From the NCBI RefSeq assembly GCF_902459465.1, contig NC_047067.1, positions 21,824,001 through 21,888,000 on the forward strand: DNA of 64,000 nucleotides. The letters are read 5' to 3'. Shown here piece by piece: positions 37,996 through 48,800 of the stretch. Under the pieces are notes generated by a model, which searched no databases, was not told the DNA's origin, and saw nothing but the letters and a program-made list of their open reading frames with translations. Each line of letters starts with the position of its first letter. The stretch's first letter is position 1. Both the position numbers and the translations under genes were made by a program. The stretch comes from Asterias rubens. Lineage: Eukaryota.

Positions 37996-38337
37996 TGAGG
38001 TTTTGGTCCCTCATAGGCCATGTCGAATTAGACGAGTAACTCGTCCTAACTTGGGATTGGTTCAATGCGTCCTTATGTCTATGGATACAGAACTTAGCTC
38101 ATCCCAAATCCTAAGTTAGGAAGAACTTGGTGAAATCAACGGCAGGTTCACCTAGCCCTATATAGGACCATGAGGTTTTGGTCCTTCATAGGCCATGTCG
38201 AATTAGACGAGTAACTCGTCCTAACTTGGGATTGGTTCAATGCGTCCTAACATCTATGGATACAGAACTTAACTCATCCCAAGTCCTAAGGTTAATCCTA
38301 AGTTAGGAAGAATTGGTGAAATCAACGACAGGTTCAC
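37996..38337. repeat. Tandem duplication (175-bp period) containing a truncated family E MITE
   Basis: TGAGGTTTTGGTCC.TCATAGGCCATGTCGAATTAGACGAGTAACTCG... starts at 37996 and 38171. Confidence 0.9.
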
Positions 38338-38743
38338 TCTACACTGTGCTATAAAAACGTCTATCAGTAACGAGCGACCATGCCAAGTGCGCTGCTACCA
38401 AATAGTCGACTAGCATAGTCCAACTATCGACCCCTTGACAGAGTTCAGACAACGATAGTTATTGCACGAAATTGGCCCTACGCAGTTGAGAACGGAGCAA
38501 TAAATCCAAAGAATGTTTCACATAAATTACATCAAAACAGGAGGTGTGTTGGAGTCCTACTGCGCTTTACAATAAAAAATATATGCATGTATAAATATTG
38601 CAACATGGATCAATAATCACTTTTAGCCACAGACGTTTCGAAGAGATGGACAATAAAGGCAATACTCAAAGCATTGCTGTACAAACCAATGTGAATTTCA
38701 ACTACTCTTACTGTCGGGTTAGATTGTGTTGTTAGACCAATGT

Positions 38744-39140
38744 GGGAGTGTCGTGGCCGAGCGGTTAAGAGCACCGAATTCAAACTCTGGTGTTTCTGAT
38801 CAGCAGAGTGTGGGTTTGAATCCCCAGCCGTGACACTCGTGTCCTTAAGCGAGACACATAACCATTGCTTCGTCCTTCGGATGGGACGTAAAGCCGTTGG
38901 TCCCATGTGTTGTGTAAACACATATAGAAGAACCCAGTGCACTTATCTAAAAGAGAAGGGGTTCGCCGCGGTGTTCCTGGCTGGATTGGCAGCATATTGC
39001 GCCACAGCACCTTGTAAACCATTACATGGTGCTCAAGGATTAGGTCTTATATCTCAAAATTCACCCCACTCCTTGCAGTAATAATACCTGGCGCCTCGTA
39101 TCCTTTGGCAAAAGGCGCGTTATAAATACGGTTATTATTA
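38744..39140 (+). mobile_element. tRNA-Leu-derived SINE, body type 3, full length
   Basis: GTCGTGGCCGAGCGGTTAAGAGC / GGGTTTGAATCCC, core GTGTCCTTAAGCGAGACAC, body CTTCGGATGGGACGTAAAGCC...GAGAAGGGGTTCGCC, tail GGCGCGTTATAAATACGG(TTA)n. Confidence 0.85.
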
Positions 39141-40013
39141 TGTTGCGGGTATGCAGTAGGCGACATCAACACATATTACATAAAGGCAATTGAGTTGTAA
39201 AAGTTAAATATTTGACTAAGAGTGTCTTTTTGTGAATTCATGACAAATATCGCAAATGACATATCCACAAATTATGTCCTCTGTCAAATTAAAAGCAGCA
39301 ATAATTTCAGAGCTACAAAAAGTTGGAAAATGTCAACATCAAAATATGCGAGTTTTGAAGAATCAACATCAAAAGTCGGTGCTCGATGTTGACAAAATCG
39401 AACAAAGAAATTCACTTAAATTGAGCAAATTTAGGGCCTTTATATGGACCAAAATTATTAATTGCACTTTTAAGCGGAGCTAAAAACACAGATTTACAGT
39501 AAATTTTGTTACAGAATTACTTGTTATTATTATCATTATTATTTGCTTCACGCTTGATTGTTTAAGAAAATAATTGTCTTTTGCACTTTTCTGTTTTTTC
39601 TTCTGAATTTGTACACTGTTTCTCCGAGGTTTTTGGAAAAGGTTTTCGGAACCGTAATCGCCCAATGACAGTTATCAACTTGGGCAACTTTAATTTAGAG
39701 CCTTCCAAATTTGGAAACTTCCAAATCCATTTTGAGCAGGTATTGTTCCCAGAGGCTAGGTTAGAGACGCCCAAACCCGAATCTCCGGATAGACACTAAT
39801 TATTTTGTCTATCAAGAAGTGTTCAGTGTGCTGGAAGTAGTTTCTCAAAGTGGAAACATTTTAAGCTTCACAAGGCTGAACATTCTTTCAGGAGTACACT
39901 ACGCTCCAAAAGGAGAAGTGAAAATCCCAGTCTGGAGGCGCCCGATCCCAAAGGAAACATCGCCCGATCTCGGGAAAGCACTAAAGTGATATCCCATTCA
40001 GAATAATCAGAGT

Positions 40014-40648
40014 ATATAGGATTTGAGGCATTGCATGGTGAGGTATCAATGTATATTTGGTTTGCGGTAACACCATGTGTGTACCTACTTGCCAGGTAGA
40101 GTTGTTCTTAGGGAACTGTCTTGCTTTATTCTACTGCCGTGGAGTAGATAATCGGAGGTTTGGGAGACTTCCTCCTCTAACAACCCCCAACCCACTGACA
40201 CGCCTCACTACACCCGAGAGGTTTCTCACACAATGGCCAACCCTAACAATAGCCCTGAGCCCGCCAACCACACAACCAATCAGAGCATTGATTGACCTGC
40301 AGTGGATCCACTGAACCCCTATAAATAAGCCCACTCTTCTCTTACCTCTTCAGTCTCCTGACGATGACTAGAGCAAGCTAGTTGAATCGTTGAGACCAAT
40401 TTCAGAACTGACTCCGCGGCAGTACAGTTAATTACGATCCTATAAGCTAAAGTAGTAGTCCAGTCTAATTTCTATACCATCCGCCCTGGTAATAGTTAAT
40501 AAGCAGGACAGTTCTTTTCAGAACTGAGAAGTCTCCCAAACCTCCGATTATCTACTCCACGACAGTAGAATAAAGCAAGACAGTTCCCTAAGAACAACTC
40601 TACCTGGCAAGTAGATACACACATGGTGTTACCGCAAACCAAATATAC
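40014..40648 (+). mobile_element. Penelope-like retroelement remnant: pseudo-LTR with an inverted copy of its 3' end
   Basis: 122-bp inverted repeats (40050-40171 / 40528-40649, 2 mismatches) flank a segment with CCAAT (40276), TATAAATA (40320) and a hammerhead motif (40353-40396). A 12-bp direct repeat AATAATCAGAGT lies at 40002-40013 and 40649-40660. Confidence 0.7.
40353..40396 (+). ncRNA. Minimal type I hammerhead ribozyme motif, core mutated (GAAA>GAAT)
   Basis: GTCTC-CTGACGA-T-GACTAG-AGCAAG-CTAGTT-GAAT-CG-TT-GAGAC: perfect 5-bp stem I, 6-bp stem II, palindromic minimal helix III. Confidence 0.65.
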
Positions 40649-40740
40649 AATAATCAGAGTGTCCAACAGAAAGTATAAAGTTTCTAAGATTGCCCCCAAA
40701 TCAAGCAGGAGATACAGCTAGCAATGCCTGGTACTTCAAT

Positions 40741-40932
40741 GAGGGCAATAGACCGATCCATTAAGCTCCGCCCCATTGCGTATTGACCAATCACAACGCA
40801 ACGTAGGTCCGACATGCATGCGCGTATCTTGGCGCGTGCGGCAGAGTTGTGCAGAAAGGCATTGGAGAGCCCCACGTGTTTTTGCTCACACGTGCGTCGT
40901 GGGCGGAGCATACTGGATCGGTCTATTGCCTC
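40741..40932. mobile_element. MITE (superfamily unassigned)
   Basis: Perfect 16-bp IR GCAATAGACCGATCCA / TGGATCGGTCTATTGC plus inner GCTCCGCCC / GGGCGGAGC; possible AAT target duplication. Confidence 0.8.
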
Positions 40933-41040
40933 AATGCCCCTAGTCATTGCCTTGCTGCCCTTTAAAATGTTCCAATTTAGTATTTTCCTCCACGAAGGAA
41001 AAATTGCCTCTTCCTTATAAGAACAAAATCAGGGCTGGAT

Positions 41041-41160
41041 AGTACCCCGAACAAAGATATTGACACAATAGGGAGTCCGCCAACATAGGGCTATATATAG
41101 CTCAGTTGGTGGAACGCCTGCACGTTAATCTGGAGGTCGTTGGTTCAAACCCCGCTGTAG
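41041..41160 (+). mobile_element. tRNA-containing dispersed repeat (family D)
   Basis: Leader GAACAAAGATATTGAC..AATAGGGAG.CCGCCAACATAGGGCTA, then TAGCTCAGTTGG A box and GGTTCAAACCC B box. Minus-strand relatives lie at ~10775-10847 + 13579-13600 (split), ~22650-22700 and ~43695-43765. Confidence 0.7.
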
Positions 41161-42176
41161 TTATTTTTTCTTAGATCAACCTCCAATCAGGGCTAGATGC
41201 ATGGTAAATTGCACAGTCCCATTACGGGCATACCAAGTGAACTATTATCACTTCCAAAACTAAGGAAAAATCACTTTGCCTTAAACTAAAATACTGTGAA
41301 AAAATAATCTCTATTTAAAGCGTTCTTCAGATGCAAGACAAGGACAAACGACATTGCGTCATCAGGTCAATGTAGTGTGAAGAAACAATTCAAGACTTTC
41401 CATTTTTCCTTCAGTAAACCACAAAGGTTAGTTTTCATCAGTGGGTAGTCAGGTTCCACTACCAAAACCAAACCTAGGTTTATATAAAAAATACCAATAA
41501 GAAATGTCAAAATCCCCTGTAAAAACTTGCGTTAAAACAAAATTAGCGTATCATTCATGAGTTACCACTGGAGTATGGTCATAAAAATATGAAATAAAAT
41601 AAAAAAGTGTTACTTATCGTCGGTTTGAGCAACAGGGAGGATTTAAAAAGCTGTATCAATTTTTCTTTGGGAAAATGAAACAGTGTTAAAAGTTGAATTG
41701 CGGTATACAATTGGCTCCAACAATTTGGGCAGAATCAGTTATTGCATTTAGACATAAAATTGTCCTGCCAGCCACCCCAGAAAAGACAGTAAGGTAAGTC
41801 TGAACAAGGTAAAATGACCAAGGAAGTTGTGCTTGGTATTAAAAAGACAAATAATAATAAAATAAAAGTGCTCTTTATTTGGTGAAATAGGATCCAAATT
41901 CATAACTATTTTTCTTTTTCTCAAAAACACGACTGCAATTCAGACACACATATTTCTCACGTGGAAAACTGGTTCCAGTACAAATTATGCTCAGTGATTA
42001 AAATTCATAATTGTTTGTTGTCTTGTAAAAAAAAAAAGGGGGGGGGATGGGTGGTGGTGATTTAGCTGTTGCAACTTCTTACCAAACAAAATGACCTGTG
42101 GTTGAAGTGTAAACGATTGCTTATGACCCTAGTGTAGTCTTTATTCCTTTGAATAAGACTCTGCTCCAGTCAAAAC

Positions 42177-42334
42177 CAGGCATGGAATTTCATCTTGGAG
42201 AAAGCAAGGGCATTTTTATTTTGAAAAGGGCACTACCAATAGAAAATCTCAAAGTCTATTGGAAACTTTTACAGGGGCACCAAGGCCAAGACCAGGGGCA
42301 ACAGAGGCCATGGCCGCCGTGAAATTCTAGGCCT
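42177..42334. mobile_element. ~160-bp MITE family G
   Basis: Ends CAGGCATGGAATTTCA / GTGAAATTCTAGGCCT. The core GGGGCACCAAGGCCAAGACCAGGGGCAA also occurs near 7380, 7945, 21700 (inverted), 51725 and 55895. Confidence 0.75.
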
Positions 42335-42856
42335 TCAAACAAGAGAACACCTTGTTTACATTTTGTTCATTTTGTGGAAATCTTGAAGGGGTGTCCCTCT
42401 ATTCCACATTGGAGACAGAGTAACCATTATAATAAATTACAATTCTACATCGGTCGACACATTGCTTTAATAAGTCGTCCTATCTTTCGGTGGCATTGTG
42501 AGAGACATCAAGCAGTTGAAGTGCCACTCAGCATGGTTCTGTTTAAACAAGCTGGCAAGAGAAACCTCCGCTGTATCGACGCTATCCGCCCGTAAGTCTT
42601 CATAGAAGCTTTGTGTATATCCAACTCTTCGACCTTGCATTCTGTTGTCCGGGGGTTCGCCTCCACAAGTACGTTCAAAGCGACGAATGCACAAGCCCCT
42701 GCATCACTCAGATGAGCACGCTGATGCCACTTTGCGAAAATACTTACTGGGATTGCCGTTGTCGTGACACACTGACGGAAACACAAATAATACAAATACT
42801 TGCACTTAAATACCCCTGGTTCGAAGCCAGCCCAGTGACTCTTCAAAGGGCTGGTG

Positions 42857-45800
42857 TCATGAGATGATAGCGGCAGTGAATTTGGGCCCTAAGTGAATGC
42901 CGTCAACGCTGGAGGAACGTTTGAGCTCCTGAAACGTTTGGTCTCGCGCCTTCTCGTCGCATAACCTGGAGATTGCCTGAAAACAGAAAAAAAAATAAAA
43001 AGTTTCATCAAAATGAAAAACATGTATTCTGACTTGCTCCCACAGCACAAGCTCAGCTTTGTAAATATTCAAGACTTATTCAGTTATTTATTTATTTGTA
43101 TGTTCATTTTTTTTATTTTTTTTTTTACGTTTGAAGGAAAAAAAAAGTTTTTCAAAGGTGTCCAGCAATAACAAACCTTCATTAATATAAAAAAGATAAC
43201 TTCATGTATCACAGCTTTATGTCCCATACGATGGACAAAGCAATGACATTTTAATTTCCCCAGTGTGAGATAATAAAGTTATTATCTTATTTTACCTTAT
43301 TGATTAAATGTCTTGCTCCAGGAAACAAGTGCAACAACCGGGACTCGAACCCACCCTCTGCTGATCAGAAACACCACAGCTTGACTATAGTGTGCTTAAC
43401 CGCTCGACCACGAATCACCTGTTTTGACCCAAAAGAAGTTTACTGATCTGGGTAAAACATAAATAAAATATAACATGCTGCGTACCTCTAACGTCTGTGC
43501 TCTTTCCTTGCTAAGTAACTCTGACGGAAATGAGATTTCATAAGCATCGGCCAGGGCACGCAGGTCAAAATAGTACTTAGCATACACGCTGGATGGAACG
43601 TTGATGTTGAACTGCAACATCTCAAGGAACTGCCTCTCCAGTTCATTCCTGTATGAAATCAAAAAATAGTTTGGGGGTTAAACGGAGAAGAATCAACTAG
43701 AGAGGGATTTGATCCAATCACCTCAAGATTAAATTTCTGGTGCTCTACCTACTAAACTATCTAGGCCTATGTAATCATAATAATACATCAAACAATACAA
43801 CCATATCTTGTGCAAGAACTTCACCATAAATAACATGATTGTTTAGGTAAATTAACAAGCATTTTTGTATCATTCTGAATAAAATATTATAGCTATATTA
43901 TTTGGTTTGTGGTATATTTCAGCTACTTTTCATCAGACAGGCACAAAAGTCTGAATTCTTAATAAAAGACTTAAAGTTTTCATCCCTAAAAGGCTAAGCT
44001 ACAATAACAAAACATCTATTTAATTCAATTTACATTTATTTCTAATAACAATACAATAATTCCAATAACATTCATAAACTCTGTCCCAAACACTTCAACT
44101 AACAATAATTCTCTTGAATCACAAGAGTATGAAAAGGACAATCAAAACAGGGGAGTAAACACTGGGGAATGTGGCACTCTAGTGAGCTGTATGAAGCAGT
44201 GATACATTTATATATTTGTTTCTTGAGCAGAAAACAAGTACAATAATGCACATTAGTAACAAAATAAATTGTTAAAAGATACAAGAGTAATTAAAATAGA
44301 AAACAGAGGAAGGGAAGAGAACCAGCCTAGAGGCTAAAGGATTGCCAAAAAAAGTTCATGTCTATAGCTGGTTTTTAAAAAGAGCAATAAATATCATTGC
44401 AATAAAACACACAAATATAGTACGTGGGGAGGGGGAGGGGGACACTGGAAAGAGAACAATCATAAAATACAATATTAAAAGATACACCAAGAGCAATTAA
44501 AATACAGAGGAAGGAAAGAGAACCAGCTCAAGCCCAAAGGAACGCTGGAAAGAAAGTTCTTGTCAACAAGCTCTCATTCCAAGCTGTTTTTAAAAGGAAC
44601 AAAAACATCAATGCAAAACACACAAATATTATACTTCCAAAGGACAATAAAAACTGGGGAGAAAACACTGGAAAGATACCCAGCAAGAGCCCAAGGATTG
44701 CCTGAATGAAACAAAATTCCAAGCTCTCCTTTCAAGGTGGTCTTGAAAAATAGCAAAACATATCATTGCAACAAAACACACAAATATAGTAATTCCAATA
44801 AAAACGGGGGGGGGGGGACACTGGAAAGGGAACCAACTGGAGCTCGAAGAATTGCTGGAAAGAAACAAAGTTCTTTTCTTCAGGCCCTCCTCTCCAGCTG
44901 GTCTTAAAAGGGAGCAACAAATAATTGGCAAAACACACACAAATATCATACTTCAAAAGGACAATAATAATTGAGGAAAACACTGGAAAGAAACCCAGCT
45001 CAAGCCCAAAGGATTGTCAACAAGAAAAAAGATCTTGTCTAGAGGCTCTCCTCTCTAGCTGGTTTTAAAAAAGAACAACAAAACAATTAGTTGAAAACAA
45101 ATTCTATATAACGTTTCTGAATATACATCAAGGATACACACACAAGATAGTTCAAAAGATTGAAAAAAACATTAATGACAAAGTAACTTTAAAATTTGCA
45201 TGATTAAGATCCAGGAAGTACATCAATTAAAACACAGAAAGTTACAAATAAAAGTAGATCAGAAAAAAAAAATATGAAATGAGATTGATTACACACGAAA
45301 AGGCTAAAACAATTGAGCAAAAGGTGATTTCAAATAAAGAATATCAAATATAGCATTCAAACACATAACCCTGTTATAAATCATGACATCATTGGGAAGT
45401 GAAAACCAAAATCTTTGAAAATTAAATGTAGAAACAAGATAGGTTGGCGGTATACACCATATCAAAATCTCTTTTGAGTAGTGTCGGTTCTGAAATGCAT
45501 CGGTGGTTGACAAATTTTCAGAATCAACACTACTCAAAAAGAAAACTTCACATGGTTTTACCGCAAACCTCTCTTAAGGCCCGGTCCCACTGTAGCGATA
45601 ACGATATCGATAACGATAATGACGCAAAGGGAATGCATTCCATTGGTTGAATGAGCGTGTGCATATTCTGCGTGGAGCAATTCGACCAATATAATGCGTT
45701 TTCTTTGCGTTGTGATGGTTAACGTTTTCGTTATCACTGCAGTGGGACCGGGCCTTTAATTTCTCCTCCACCATGCAAAGTTTCAAATCCTACAAGTACT

Positions 45801-48800
45801 TACATATCGTCTACCGTCAAGTCCTTGAGTATTTGACAGTAGTCGACGTTCCACACGGCCTGGTCATCCCAGACCTTAGAGGCAAGGAGTATTGCTCCAA
45901 GAACCATTCGCTTCCAGTTCGCTGGCGTGATGTCTATTTCAGCATATGTTAATAGTCTTTCTAAATAAACCTGCAACGATTGAAAAAATTCATAAATCCT
46001 TCTCATAAATCATGAAACAACTTTTAAACCTGTCTTAAAAACTGTCTCTCCTAAGTCAAGCACCTTAAGAACCTTATTGTTGGATACATGTACATAAGAT
46101 ATTTAAGGCTACATTATTATTACATGAATCAGTTATACTGCTATGATCAGAGTCTAGCAGTATGTGTCAACATAAAAGTATCAAATGGCGTTTGATTTTT
46201 TGAAGTAATAATAATAACAGTAGTGGCTTCTTATACAGTGGTACATTTCCATCACTCAGCGGCGCTTTAACATTCATTTTCCTGCAAGGTATGTAGGGCT
46301 ACATTCAAAATAAGAGACCTTGGGTCGATTTCACAAAGAGTTAGAACTTGTCCTAACTCAAGTCCTAGGAGATGTAAACAAACTAAGGCTAGTCGTAGGT
46401 TGGGACAAGTAACTCGTCCTAACTCGAGATAAGACTAGTCCTAACTCTTTGTGAAATCGACCCCTGCTCTTTTTACATGGCACCGTGTAATGGTTTACAA
46501 GATGCTGCCAATCAAACCAGGAACACCGGGGCGAACCCCTTCTCTTTTTGATAAGTGCACTGGGTTCTTTTACATGCATTACACAACACACAGGACCAAA
46601 AGCTTTACGTCCTATCTGAAGGATGAAGCAATCATGGTTAAGTTTCTTGCTTAAGGACACAAGTGACACGACCGGGACTCGAACACACACTCTGCTGATC
46701 AGAAACACCAGAGCTTGAGTCAAGTGCTCTTATCTGGTTGGTCACTAAAAATAAAAACTTTTCCAAAATTATACCATATTGGAATATAATACTTACTAAG
46801 GTCACAATAGCACACTCTGATGTTAACTGGGCTGCATTGAACAACATACGGATAAATCTGTAGATGTGTTTATGTTCGGGATTCACTTTGAAATAATCGT
46901 CAGGCACAGGATCTTTCTGCAAGGAACAGAACAATTTCAACAAGTAAGTCGTTAAACATTAAACGTAGAGTCATGCAGGTAAAAATTCATTCATTCATTC
47001 ATTCGTTTAGTAATGGTTTATTCTTTAAAAACAATTTTTCATAAAGCTTTCACAAATCTTGCTGAACAGAAACTGGTTACTGGCCAAAGTTCACTGGTGC
47101 CCAACTCATTTTTCCCTTAGCAAAGAATTTTGCTAAGCAGTATATTCTGCTTAACAGCTATTAATGAAATTGGGCCCTGATCCGGATGCATAGTGTATTA
47201 TGAAAATAAATATTTACCGTGAGTTGATGTGATTTCTCGTCAAATATATCCATCTGTCGATCAGATTCCCTGTTCTTTATGTGATAGTAAACAGCTAAAG
47301 CAACGCTGAAAGATAAAAAGAATAAGAAAACGACGATAACTTAATATTTCTACTCTATGGACAACATTAATTCAATATCACGGCAGACTGCAAGGGGATA
47401 AATCACAAGGGAGTGTGGGTTTTTCGTTCTGCGGACATGGATTGTGAATTGTTACTTCAATTTTGGGCTTGTGCATGATGCTTATCATAATTCTACAGTA
47501 TTCTACTTTAAAAATATCTTTCTATCCATATGCATTTTATAACAAACGATTACAAACGCTTTTTATAGACCAACTCGTCTGATCCAAGGCAACGTGTTCC
47601 TTTAACATAGAGGAACTTCAGCTATGGAATTATTGCGATCAGCTACATTATGATCAGCGTCAAACTCATACTTGGTACATTCAAAGACCAACTCGACCGA
47701 TCCAAGGCAACCTGTTCCTTTAAATGTATATATTATATATGTTGTATAATGTTGATAAGTAGAGATTATAATAGTATTGATTTACCAATTAAAATGTGTC
47801 TAGTATCCATTACATGCAGTGGCACTTTACTTCTCGGGCACCAGTACATTACACAAAAAGATCCCCCAGTGAGTGCTAAGTGCGCACATGTTGTGATGCC
47901 CCGCGCCAGCGTCATGCATTCTTTTTTTTCTTAGAAATCAGCCTCAGGAGTAGGTTGCAACGTGCCCCTGGTGACAACAAGCCATGGATAACATTCAAAT
48001 CAACGTATTTGTGATACTGTTTACTATTTATCTGGCAATTTTGCAAAGCAAAAGACATTTACACTAAACAAATGAGCGCAGAGAACTACTATTGACTCAG
48101 AAATGATGTTTTTCAATTAGCATAGAATTATGTATATTTCATCAAACTATATGCCCTTAAATACACTCAAGTAGAACTGTCTACAAAGTACAAACAACTT
48201 TCAACTTACGGGAAGTTGATGCTCAAGTTACATGCTTCAAATAGTTCCTCCTAGTAACTCTAGACGACAGTTTTTTTCTTCTCTTCAGTAACAAGTATTT
48301 TCTCCCGCTGACATTTGATCAAAAGACTTTCTGCCTGGGGTTATTATTGCAAAGATCCAATACCCACCAAGCGCTAGGACAACCCCCCCTATGGACTTGG
48401 GGTACAGTATTCCAGAAATACCCACGTGGCATCCAGGGAAAGCTGTAAGAACTGAAACCACTAGCACTCAACATCAGTTGAAATCTCCCATAAAATTTTA
48501 ACTTAAAGCCATTGGACACTTTCGGTAAACAGTATTGTCCAAGGCCCACACTTCGTGTATCACAACTAAAAAAACAAACCTGTGAAAATTTAGGCTCAAA
48601 TGTTCATCGGAGTCGGGAGAAAATAACGAGAAAACCCACCCTTGTATCCGCAAGTTTCGCCGTGTCATGACATGTGTTTAAAATAAATCTGTAATTCTCG
48701 ATATCGAGAATTGATATTGTTTTAATGTTTTCTCAAAAAGTAAAGTATTTCATGGAATAACATTTCTAGAGAAGTCTTTCACCATTACCTTCTGTAAACC

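Noticed and set aside
38628-38660. GACGTTTCG (minus-strand CGAAACGTC) hammerhead half
   Set aside because: No CUGANGA or stem II partner nearby.
42845-42859. TGA-C stop context of CCNY (readthrough?)
   Set aside because: Not the strong TGA-CTAG motif, and the extension would be only ~17 codons with no supporting signal.
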